Shown: piece after piece, positions 1 through 9,992 of the stretch
How positions within the stretch are numbered: position 1 is the first letter of the stretch
Layout of the letters: each line of letters begins with the position of its first letter
NCBI GenBank assembly: GCA_000934665.2
Contig: JYFJ02002011.1
Coordinates: 44,611 to 64,610 of the forward strand
Origin: Catajapyx aquilonaris
Lineage: Eukaryota
Length of the DNA: 20,000 nt
Reading direction: 5' to 3'
The notes under the pieces: generated by a model
Database searches by the model: none
Told to the model about the DNA's origin: nothing
Seen by the model: the letters and a program-made list of their open reading frames with translations, nothing else
Program-made: the position numbers and the translations under genes

Positions 1-1865
1 ATACCAGTACTCTTATAAACGCCTAAAGCAAGGATTTTGAACGAAAACTACTCTAAAACACAATCGTGAACTGCTACCGCTTTGTGAATCGAGCCCCTGG
101 AGATATGGCACCATGTTTGTTTTATACAAGAGGATACACCAGTAACCACGTGCAACTCTTATACCCAATGTGAAGTTATAGGTAGGATATCGATTCCAAT
201 ATTTCAGCGATAGTATGGGCGGAAACTATCTGTAGAACAACCACCAAGGGAATCGCAAGTTATCGTACAATAATAGTACCCACGCACAAATATCAGCTAT
301 GGGCATAAATCAACACGGAATTGAATTCGCGAAATGCACGATTCAGGTGAATTGAAATTAATTGAATGCGAGGCAGCTACATTCGCTCAAGAATGAACAT
401 AACTGGAAATTTCTATTGTATATTAGTAAGTTATTTTACATTTGTGGAAGCCTACACTACACACTACTGTGCAAGTGCAGTAGACTCGTAAATGTGGGTC
501 AGGTTTCAGACGCAAGGGGGATTACATGGACGCGTTTCAATGTCCGCGGCGAAGAGCAGGAAAGCCAATTATTATTCCCTGTCACGTGGTTACGCTCCTG
601 CGAACCCGAATCTTTCATGCGAAGGTTGCGAGAAGCCTGTTTTCATGGAAGCGACTGCAAAGTGTAGCGGTGTTTCTGTAGGCTCGCATCCAACCGACAC
701 CGTTATCCTGCTTTTTCCGCCTCCTTTTCCAGTCTCTTCTCCTCAAATACTCAAGTCTGGTGACAATCCCCCCAGCCTCACTACCATTTTTGTCATCCGA
801 AGCTTATGCCCATGACTAAAGCACAGTTTCCTCTCAGACCTCTCTCAGCTGTTCCCCTTTGGCAATCAGACAGAACTGGCAAAACTAGAATCGCGCCCTC
901 GAAGTGTGCTTGAGGTACGCATCTGATGACCTCTTCCCCTCACTCCCAAAGCTGGAGGAATATTAACCCTTTTTCTAACTAGCACGCACATGTGAACAGC
1001 TGGTCGCTGTCTAGGTAAGGAGGAGTAGGAAGGAGTGGGGAGAAGAGGGAGGGGAAGACGACAAAATTGATTGGGTAATTGCAGGGCACGAATGGGCATA
1101 TCCAGGTGTGAGGCCTACTTCGCGCATTATGGGAGTGCAGGTGACTTGGTGCTTCTTGTTAGTGTGTAATAGGAACAGTTGGTCAGGAATATTATTTGGG
1201 TTTGAGGCGGAGGTATTTTATGGGGCGTGATTTATTGCTGTAGCAGTACTTTTTTTGTGTATTTATTCCGTTTTCAAATGGTTGTGATTCGGAACACTTC
1301 GCATAACCGGTTCCGTAGGGCTTATCAGTTGAGAAATGATGCTTATACTATGGTGCCATATAAAAATAATTATAATGCCCTTAACAACGCATAAATACCA
1401 GATGGAAAACACGCACTATTAATGATTCCTGAATAGACATAAATATAGCATCCAAAATATAACATGCTAATTGAAGAAAGTGATTAGAAAATTATACGAC
1501 ATTACAGCCGTTTCAGGAGCGTATTATTTGAGTGTCTGTGTGGGTGACTACACCCTCCAAATAGCCTAAAGGTGACATTCAAAATATCACTGTAACATTT
1601 ATGCACGCCTTTACGTTATGTGTTCGATTTTTAAAATGAGTAACACGGACTCCCTCGAGTACTGGACTGTCTTAGGGCCAGTTGTATGATAGATAGTATC
1701 CAGAACAAGAATGCAGCGAATAACATGGATGAACCACTACTCGGTGTAACTTACCATCAATAATATTACTGAGCTGGTGCCAAATTTGTTTACAATGTAG
1801 GGTAGATCAGAACTGTATAATCTAATATGGCATCACATTTGGTCAGTTTTCACAGGAGAAAATAT

Positions 1866-1874
1866 ACTTGCCTC
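1866..1874 (-). promoter_or_regulatory. Non-canonical GC 5' splice site (GAG|GCAAGT)
   Basis: Homology breaks exactly after DSCE. The site matches the AG|GTAAGT consensus at every position except +2 C, as is typical of GC-AG introns. Confidence 0.85.
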
Positions 1875-2026
1875 ACAGGAATCCTTTTGCCCATTGACAT
1901 AACCAGCGCAGAGAAATGACTCTCGGATTGCTTTGACATGTCCTGCAGTGAGAAACATTTGCTGACATTGCTCATTCTTCAGAATCGGGACATCGACTTC
2001 GTACAACACGCTTGGAACCCCTCCCG
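1872..2026 (-). CDS. flz: Protease exon with S1-pocket Asp (KDSCE; trypsin-like specificity); gene continues in an exon not found in this window
   Basis: Not in the ORF track. Acceptor TATTTCAG|CG after a 75-nt intron. Manual translation AGGVPSVLYEVDVPILKNEQCQQMFLTAGHVKAIRESFLCAGYVNGQKDSCE; ends at GAG|GCAAGT in phase 0, just before the expected GDSGGP. Confidence 0.93.
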
Positions 2027-2101
2027 CTGAAATAATTAATTATTATTTTTTAAATGGTCAGTTTGGCCTAGAGAGCAATAAGTCTATCCGGGTGGACTTA
2101 C

Positions 2102-2367
2102 CATATTTGAGCCTGCCCCATCCTGACACAATGGCGGATTTGCCCGTGAAGTCCTCCTCGTCGTAGGGCATGCAGATAGGAACAACATGCGGTTGGAAAT
2201 CGACGGTCGTTTCCAATTCTAATAAAGCAACGTCATTTTCAAAAGTGTGAGCGTTGTAATCCCTGTGGACAATGACTCGTCGGACATTGCGTTGTAAGAC
2301 GGGACGAGGTTCGGTGTCACTGGACAGGTCAAATTCGCCAAAGACCACAACTAATGAGGCCAGGAAC
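2102..2367 (-). CDS. flz: Protease exon with catalytic Asp (FENDVALL) and GWG motif
   Basis: Acceptor CTTCCCTTGCAG|G after a 77-nt intron, donor TATG|GTAAGT. Reads FLASLVVVFGEFDL...HRDYNAHTFENDVALLEL...VVPICMP...SGWGRLKY; phases are consistent. Confidence 0.95.
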
Positions 2368-2444
2368 CTGCAAGGGAAGTTGGAAGGCGGTGTGCAATTA
2401 CATGCAACTAGTTAGTAACACTGTAGCAGTGTAGCTGGCCATAC

Positions 2445-2631
2445 CCTGGCTGGCAATGAGCAGCAGTGAGCACGTAGCGATTACTGATCAGAACTCCCCC
2501 ACATTTGTTCTTAGTGAATAGACCCAACCAGGTTGATTCTCTGACAAGGGCTTGCCAGGGCCATTGACCGAAACTGGATGGCTGTCCGCCGACGATGCGA
2601 CCATTTTTTACCATGGGTCGAACTCCACATT
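2445..2631 (-). CDS. flz: Protease exon: activation site (ECGVRPMVKNGR|IVGG) and catalytic His (TAAHC)
   Basis: Acceptor TTTGTCAG|AA after a 63-nt intron, donor CCAGG|GTATG. WPWQALVRESTWLGLFTKNKCGGVLISNRYVLTAAHCQPG closely resembles the filzig protease domain. Confidence 0.95.
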
Positions 2632-2694
2632 CTGACAAAGAAAACGTCAGGTACAGTGACAGTCAACAAGCACTATATTGGCCTTCTTTATTAC

Positions 2695-4419
2695 CTCTTT
2701 TGTAATCCCATGGTCTGACCGGTCTTGCAGTCGTAGTAGTTGTTTTCACAGTAGCTGTCCTCTTGGTTGTGGTCTTCAGAATTGGGCGGCTGGTTGTTGT
2801 GATGTTTCTCTTGTGAGTATTCACCTGAGGGTGGAGCGTACTCCACGTCGAGGTTGCGTTGGGACGTTTAGTAGCAATTGGACGTCCATTTGTAGAAGGA
2901 TGCCTGATTATCGGACGCTTGTTCGTTGTGGTTGGTTTGTATGTTGTCGTAGTGGCTTTTGTTGGCCTCTTCGTTGTGATGCTTACAGTTGTCGTAGTGG
3001 CTTTTGTTGGCTTCTTGGTTGCGATGCTTGCAGTTGTCGTGGGTGGTCTCCTTGTTGTCCTCCAGGTAGTCAAGGGCTTACCAGTAATGGTAGGTGTCGG
3101 TCTCCTCGTCGTGGTGCTTGGGCCCGTAATTATTGTGCTAGGTTTGGCAGTGAGTAAAGGTTTGATGGCAAGAGAAAGGGTTGTAGGGATCGTGACTGAT
3201 GTCGTGTAATTCACTTTGGTCACAGTTACGTTCAAACTGGCGCTAAGGTTCTCTACAACCTGATTCGCAAGAGTGTCCACATGATCTTCCAGATCGGAAG
3301 GGAGAGGGCGCTTTGTCACTATACTTGGTTTCCAAGAAGTGCTGCTAGGGGTTGTCATGTGAGATGTAGATGACACCGGATTATGGATCGAAACAGGCAC
3401 AAAGATGGTGCTGGAGCCAAATGTAGGCTTGGTGACTCCATGAGGAGGCTTGAAATCTGGTTTCCAGTCATCCTTGATAGAATTCCAGGTGGACAGTCCC
3501 GAATCCACAGTGGACCAGGTGGTTAGACCCAACGGGGGCAGAAAAGAAGTAGTTGTCAGAAGCGAAGGAGAAGGTGCGGTGGTGGTCGGTCTGGTTGTGG
3601 TGGACCTAGTGGTTGGCTTTGGAGTAGTGGTAATGGTTGGGGTAGTGGTGGAGGGGTACTTGAATGTGTGGATGGCATAAGTGGAATGTGCCCACGCTGT
3701 CACTTTTGACGGAGCGGTGGTGGTAGGTACTGTTGTTGTGGCCCTCTCAGGCGGAAGAGTTGTGGGTCTGCTAAAAAAGAATGTGTTGTCATCGTGATCT
3801 TGAGGAGCGAAGGAAGGATTGGGACGCTCACTTTCCCAATCGGATATGGGCAAAGGAGAGGCCAGTTGTGCTATAAGGTTCCAAATGGAGTTAGTGGAAG
3901 ATTCGAGCGAATCTTCGGTGGTCACTGTTATGTCGTCGGTGGCACTCACTGTAGGGGTTGAGGTGACTTGATCTTCCCCACTCACAAACACAAAAGTGCT
4001 AAGGGTAGGGTAGGGCGTGGTGACTAGAGTGTCCACCATGCCTCCTCCGGGCTGGATGGTAGTTGTCCTTCTCGTTGTTGTTCTCAATGGAGTATTTTCC
4101 ACAAAACTGGGCAAAGTGGGCCTAGCCACGGAGGTCCACCTGTTTGTGGTAATGATGGCGTTAGTGGGTGGTATTTTGTTGTTGTTGCTGCTCAACCCCT
4201 CTTGAGGACGACTAGAAGTGGGTATGAGAGTGACAGCAACGGAACTCGAATTGTGCGGTATTTTACAGCAGGCGCCGAAGAGAAAACCGTCGATGCAGGT
4301 GGTCACCACTTGACCTTTCTTCTGGTAGCACTCAAAGTTGAACATGCAGGTTCCGGTTTCTCCCGATGGTGACGAACACGTCTTCGGGGAAATGTGGAAG
4401 CGCCCAGGCGGACTGTGCC
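2695..4419 (-). CDS. flz: Large exon: clip/disulfide-knot domain plus Thr/Ser/Pro-rich mucin-like stalk
   Basis: Lies within the 623-aa ORF 2663..4534. Acceptor CTCCTTCTTGCAG|GG at 4420/4419, donor AGAG|GTAATA at 2695/2694. Six-Cys motif C-SSPSGETGT-CMFNFEC-YQKKGQVVTT-CIDGFLFGACC resembles the filzig-type clip domain (CMFN.EC...C.DGFLFGACC), recognised from memory. Confidence 0.92.
2943..3040 (-). repeat. Coding 45-bp (15-aa) tandem repeat, ~2.2 copies, in the mucin stalk
   Basis: gttgtcgt recurs at 2943, 2988 and 3033; encodes ASIATKKPTKATTTT / VSITTKRPTKATTTT. Confidence 0.9.
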
Positions 4420-5067
4420 CTGCAAGAAGGAGTTTGAAGAGCAGTTTGTTGTGAACAAATGGAAAGATAAAAATATTCTTCACTTTGCGACAACAAAAAA
4501 GGTGAATTCCACACAAAAATTTTAAAAAATCCATGTCACTTTTCCAGCAGAAAAAAACGCTATCCCGTAATACCTAATTTGCATCATACATAAAAAGATA
4601 TGCAACCGAATGATTTTAATTAGTCTTCCGTCAGTTACCGCTACCCACATTTCTCGCACAGCACGACCCCAACTCACGAAACATGTCAATTGCGTTCAAA
4701 TCACCCCACAAGCACCTGCTTCCGTCAAGAGGATTTGACTACGTCATAAATTACACACCGAAACCTGTCTAACGGAGACTGTAAATATTCTCCAATAGAC
4801 AGACCGCTTTATTAGCACTGTAAATACCCTGTCAGTTTGACACTAATTGGTGGAAACGTCATTTTTTCGCCTCTTGTCGCCTTGTCAGCCGTAATTGCTG
4901 ACTGATGTGGCTAACTCATAGTTATTCTACTTCCTGCTTAACTAATGGGCGGCATTTTTCTATATTTATAACAATCATGTTCGTGACCTATAGAACTAGG
5001 ATGTGCGCTGTTGAAAATGTAATCTGCATGGGTATGATTAGAGTAGGTTTTAGGTGCAGTGGGATAG

Positions 5068-5140
5068 ACCCTCGCCGGGACTCGAACCCGGGACCAGCCT
5101 TGTCGTACAAGAGCCTGCTCTACCTCTGAGCTACGAGGTG
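5068..5140 (-). pseudogene. tRNA-like remnant (tRNA pseudogene or tRNA-derived repeat head)
   Basis: Minus strand: CACCTCG TA GCTC-AGAGGTA-GAGC ... CCGGG-TTCGAGT-CCCGG CGAGGGT. A box and B box present, D and T stems perfect, acceptor stem 5/7 paired, no canonical anticodon arm. Confidence 0.75.
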
Positions 5141-6923
5141 TATGACCACTTTCAGGGATATTTTTGGAATGTGGGTATGGGTATAGATGAGAAACACCGT
5201 ACGCATGGTGCATGCACACATACAAGTCCAAAAACTGAGGCATTACATTTCTCTCGAGATGTCGTGCCAAAATCGTGCCAGGGTCGGAACGGAAAGTAGG
5301 AAACAAGGGCGCAAATTACATAAAGACCTAGAATGAAATCGTGTGCCAATGTACGAAAGTGAATTAGCACTTTCCTCAACCTCTTCTTATCGTGGGATCT
5401 ATTTACCTTACCTCGGGAAATGTAATATATTTACAGTAGGACCCTCTACCTGACGCCCATCCTTTTCAAGATAAATAGCAAAACCTGAAATGCATAATGA
5501 TCAGAGTCACATAGAAACATGAGGCTATGTGATCAGTTGGTCTTGACCATCGGAAAGTGTCATTACACAATTTTGACAGGTCTTCATATTTTTTTCCCCG
5601 TATACAGTATATTGAAAGAGGTTATTGTCGCTATCACGCAGGGCTACAAAAATAGCGTTAATGCTGGTATTCCGTACATACGGTAACCTTGACCTTGTGT
5701 TGAACGTACTCGTTTATATACCAAAAAAATTGTAGTCCGGTGCACGTTCCGCATCCTTGCCTCGATGCAGACAAGTTACATGTATCGTTACGACACCCTC
5801 AGCGGTATAAATAACTGCTCCTAAATTTTAATAAAAATGCCACGTTCAATCCGCAGTAACGTTGAGTTGGTCAGATTGTCGCACACATATTTCTATACCA
5901 AATTAGCTCGAAAAATTAGCACAATATTTTAATAGCCATTAAGCCCAGTTGCTCATTGACTGTCACAGTAGGTCGCTCTATAAATCAGGTCCATAAAAGC
6001 ATAAGTCCTTTTAAATGACCACCAGCATATGTGCATGCATACACGCATGCGCGCATACACACTCTTCCACGTACACACACTTCACCAGGAAGTGACCGAC
6101 AAGCGACCCTACCGCTTTGGAATCCAGGCCACGCCATTGCTCAAAAGCTTCAGCAAGCCTTTCGGGGTGTGGCCTTTCTACTCTTCGGCTACTCAGCTTT
6201 GCTTTCGGAATGCTAATCTCTGACTACTCACTTGCTGTTGATTACAACCACTCTTCTTCTTCGTTTTTTTTTTTTTTCATTTCGTGTATCCTTCGAGTGA
6301 CGTCACTTCTTTTGCCACCTGTAGGCCTTGAGAGTTAACGGGACTCCTTTTGGAGCGACCTTCTTGGAGGTCTATTCCCAGAGGATGGCCCTTTTTAAAA
6401 GGGTGATTTGAGTACAACGTGATGGAATGCAGGTTCCATTCCAGTTCTGATTCTCAGGTGCTGGTCAATCACCTTGTTGTTTTGTTGTTAACGGTGGTGA
6501 AGGATGGGAAATGGCCCCAATGTACAATAGCGCGCTTTATGGATGATGAGTTTTTTTTGCGTTGCATTTTTAGATGGTCAGTCACCTTTTTCTTGGGTTT
6601 TTGTTGTTGTTGTGTCCAGTTGGTGGCGATGCTTCAAGTGTGTACTTCAATTATTGGCCAGATCTAGCCCGATCCATTATAGTTCAGTAGAGATTTTTTT
6701 TAAATGGGTAAAATCAACTTCAAACTGCCCATATCTTGAAAGCATTCCAGTGTGATTCTGATCCCTCTGTTGCATTACAGGTCTTCAAGTGAATTTTAAG
6801 GGACAACTCACCCGCTATAGTAAAGCTGGATGCGACACCCGACTTGAATAATGATGAGCATTATGCTCATAGGTGACAGTTTTGACAACATATTTTTACG
6901 GTTCTTATTTGAAGAAACAAATA

Positions 6924-7110
6924 CCGTCAATTGGGGTGAGATTGTGCCAGCGCATATTTTGGACAACAGTGCGCCCAACTACGAATTTTACTCGTCATTG
7001 TCAACCTTGACCATCCCTCAATGTAGTAAAACATGCCTAAATTCGTTTACTGCCAGTAGAGTGCACTGTTCTCCAAAAATTCGCTGGCACAATCTCACCC
7101 CAATTGACTA
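6924..7110. mobile_element. MITE, pogo/Tigger-like (TA|CCGT terminus)
   Basis: Perfect 27-bp inverted repeat 6926-6952 / 7082-7108 (gtcaattggggtgagattgtgccagcg), extending imperfectly to ~50 bp. TA at 6922-6923; the last two bases of the right TIR are altered. Superfamily is inferred from the termini. Confidence 0.8.
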
Positions 7111-7117
7111 TACAGGG

Positions 7118-7282
7118 CAAGGGGGTAATCACTTCGGTACTCCGGTGTACACCTGCGAGTGGTACTCCCAGGTACTCTTTAGGTACTTTACTCTTTGGTA
7201 CCCCAGGTACTCCTTAATACTGCCGTACTCCTTGAATTTGGTACTCCAGTGTACACTTTTCAGTCGAGTGATTACGCCCTTG
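7118..7282 (+). mobile_element. MITE with CAAGG termini and 8-bp TSD (hAT- or P-like), copy 1
   Basis: TIRs caagggggtaatcact / agtgattacgcccttg; perfect TSD atacaggg (7110-7117, 7283-7290); internal GGTACTCC-like subrepeats; homologous to 9794-9948 and 19726-19850. Confidence 0.88.
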
Positions 7283-7285
7283 ATA

Positions 7286-7500
7286 CAGGGTGTTTCAACT
7301 TTTTTGTCCGAACAGTTATCGGAAATATTGCACTATAAGCTGCTACTTTGTAAGCAGTGACCTGCAACTGGTTTGTCGGAGGAATGGGGAATATTCCCTG
7401 CGAATCTTAGGCTGAAGAGGCATACACTGCATGCTTACAAAGTAGCAGCTTAGTGCAATATTTCCGATAACTGTTCGGACAAAAAAGTTGAAACACCCTG
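7286..7500. mobile_element. Tc1/mariner-superfamily MITE (CAGGGTGTTT termini, TA TSD), 215 bp
   Basis: TIRs 7286-7356 / 7432-7500 are identical except for a 2-nt indel; flanked by TA at 7284-7285 and 7501-7502. Confidence 0.9.
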
Positions 7501-8655
7501 TATATTTCTGACTAAAGTTATAATATAATATAAAAAGAGGATTGTTTGCTTCATGAAACACCTGCAGTAGACAAGCCTTCATTAATATTCCACATATGCA
7601 AAACTTCCGCCTGCAATGAGTTAAGGAGTAGTTTGTGACCATGTGCGTGTGCGTAGCCTTACTACCAACCGGTAAGCTTCTAGTACGTGTACCGCCCCAT
7701 GCACTATAATTCAGGTGCATATAATGTATGAATGAAAGAGCGGTGGATGATCGCGCATAACTAGACCTTTTGATCGCAACAGGTTAGACCAGACACACAA
7801 GCTTTCTTGGCAGCTTTGAACAGATTCCCTTGGCTTTGTGAACTCCTGTTTCGGGAACGAGCCCGGATAATTTGGAATGTGTCCGCCGAAAAAAGGTGGC
7901 GACACCGTTGTTTTTTTTTGTTTTTGTTTCTTTTGGTCATTAAATGACTGGTATGTTTTCAAATAAGATGCTTTCGCTTACCAGGATGTTAAGTGAAAAA
8001 AAGTTCACAAGGAGAAAGGATCAGTGTCGGTTCCTGTTATTATGCCAAATCATCCAGAATGACTCCCGGGGAAGTACTGCATATTGGTAGGAAAATTACA
8101 ATACAAATGTAAAACTTAACTGTAAAAGCTTGGTGCATTTTATCAAGGGCGAAGAATTTTTCGCCTGCGGTCGGGTGTAAACCTGGGCACAAAAGGTCAG
8201 ACGGTACTGTTTACTCCCTCATTGACCCAAATGTTTAGTAAATCTTTGTGTGACTAACTGTCGCGTAGTGCTGCGTTCAGAACTGTCTACCATCGCTGTA
8301 TACAGTACGGTAACTAAGCGGTCATCTGATAGAACCAACGGTACTTTTCTCTCTCTTTTTTCCTGCAGATGGGCGAGGGGGGTTCCCTGCCACTTTTGAC
8401 CGGTCGTTGATGGGCAGGTTGTGACTAAATAGGTGTAGTTCTTTGTCTGTCACCGAAAGGACAAGGTTACGCAAGCAGTCATTATCAGCTCAGGATGATT
8501 ACGCAATATTTACCGAGGGTTAAGACGACGGAGTCAGTGCCCACTTGCATGACGTGGTCAGCCGTGCGAAGAAATCACGTGGCGGAGAACATTCCTTATG
8601 TTACATCACTTCAGTTTTATGGTTCTGTTAAGGGGCTTACGCTTAAGGGGCACGG

Positions 8656-8723
<68 letters not shown>

Positions 8724-8837
8724 CATCATCATCTTCTCCAATATCGCATTTTTCGTTCTGCCACCAGCTCGAGTGCGGCAATTGGGGAAATGTATTGATC
8801 CAAAGCTACAATTGGTGAGGATACCGTTCTTGATGTT

Positions 8838-8869
<32 letters not shown>
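8656..8869. repeat. (ATT)22(ATC)4 and (TAC)~10 microsatellites flanking a ~100-bp spacer
   Basis: Read directly: ATT run 8656-8721, ATC run to 8733, TAC run 8838-8869. Confidence 0.95.
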
Positions 8870-9298
8870 GGTCAAAGATTGTTTTGCCATTTTCAGTTGA
8901 AAATGTGTCTCATAATGTACGATGAAAAGTGAAACTCAGTTTTGTTCTGCTTATGCCGGTTTTTCAAAAAATAAGCATTTGAAATAATTAGAAATTTTGG
9001 AATGATTTTCCATTTAAAACCACCACAGGAGGCAGCAATAACCTTAGATATGTTTTATTTTTTATTTTTTGTAGCAGTATAAATGATGGCTGCTTTTTAG
9101 CGTTGCCAATTGTTAGCTAAAATTCTAATTAATGAAATTAATGCCCCAAGTAATAGTTTCCCAAAAATACGGATTTCAATTGCGTATTTTTTTCATTACC
9201 GTATCTAATTAGTTTACGACAAAATTGAGTTTCATTTTTTCACCTTACTTTATTAGGAATAACTTGCACTACAAATCGCGGCTATCCACTTTTACCTT
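8869..9298. mobile_element. Old, diverged inverted-repeat element
   Basis: tgaaactcagttttgt (8930-8945) pairs with acaaaattgagtttca (9219-9234) with 1 mismatch; weaker collinear complementarity extends out to aggtcaaag / cttttacct. Confidence 0.5.
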
Positions 9299-9764
9299 GT
9301 ATACTGTACATTGCACAGTTTACAAACCGAAGAAAAATGTAAATCCGATGTTTTTTTTGGCATCCTGACCTATACGTGTTATGCATATCATTTACATAAT
9401 CTAAGCTATTTGGCATTGCTGTGGTATTGCTGTACTGTACATAATATATTATTATGCATTAATACGTTAAGATGGTTTCAAGAACGTTTGAATATAGTTA
9501 TGTTACATTAGTTACTTCAGTGTGTTTAAGTACATATGTGATAATTAACATATTGTTAATATCATTATTACGTAGAGACGCTGGTGAAGTTTCTGTGTTA
9601 AAGAGGGATGTCTCAGTGTAACCTGTTTTAAAATATATACCCTTTTTCATTGGCTGACTGCAACTTTCGTATAGGAAATGTGATGATGATGCTTTTGTTG
9701 TCAGCTACACCTGCACGTAAATGCGAATGACAAAATCTTAATTCCAGGTTTGACATTTGCAAGT

Positions 9765-9992
9765 GACATTGTGACACCGTATTTAACAGGATCCAAGGGG
9801 TTAACCACTTCGGTACTCCGGTGTACACCTGCAGTGGTACTCTCAGGTACTCCTTAGGTACCGTACCTTGACTCTTTGGTACTCCTTGGTATACTCCTTG
9901 AATTTGGTACTCCAATATACACTTTACAGTCGAGTGGTTAACCCTTTGGCAGGGTCAGTACTGATCCTGTTAAAATCCTGTGTCACAATGTC
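9765..9992. repeat. Palindromic host sequence interrupted by MITE copy 2
   Basis: Outer arms gacattgtgacac / gtgtcacaatgtc. Removing the MITE and one TSD restores the perfect 28-bp palindrome ttaacaggatcagtactgatcctgttaa. Confidence 0.8.
9794..9948 (+). mobile_element. CAAGG MITE family, copy 2
   Basis: TIRs caaggggttaaccact / agtggttaaccctttg; body similar to 7118-7282; degenerate 8-bp TSD acaggatc / gcagggtc. Confidence 0.85.

Noticed and set aside
781..830. Minus-strand SHG-coding stretch as the missing last protease exon
   Set aside because: Reads FSHGHKLRM with no GDSGGP or PGVY context.
2678..4205. Plus-strand Val/Cys-rich ORFs overlapping the large exon
   Set aside because: Antisense shadows of Thr/Pro-rich codons with no independent protein features.
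4420..4534. N-terminal part of the 623-aa ORF (MDFLKFLCGIHLF...) as the true start/signal peptide
   Set aside because: It is T-rich sequence ending in a strong polypyrimidine tract and CAG acceptor at 4420, so most likely intron that is open by chance. The exon at 14092-14176 fits phase and signal character better.
5412..5484. Exon-like segment on the minus strand (TTTCAG|...CCGAG|GTAAGG)
   Set aside because: 73 nt would shift the frame between the two phase-1 exons, and it lies in a repeat-like block shared with 10480-10880.
6851..7360. 169-aa ORF, and related ORFs at 9628-9915 and 19730-19951
   Set aside because: They run through MITE sequence and show no transposase or other domain motifs.
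7640..7702. Very degenerate tRNA/SINE-like traces (also ~8155-8190)
   Set aside because: No intact A/B box pair or stems; too weak to call.
8495..8818. Poly-Leu/poly-Tyr ORFs (also 12122-12310)
   Set aside because: Translations of trinucleotide microsatellites.
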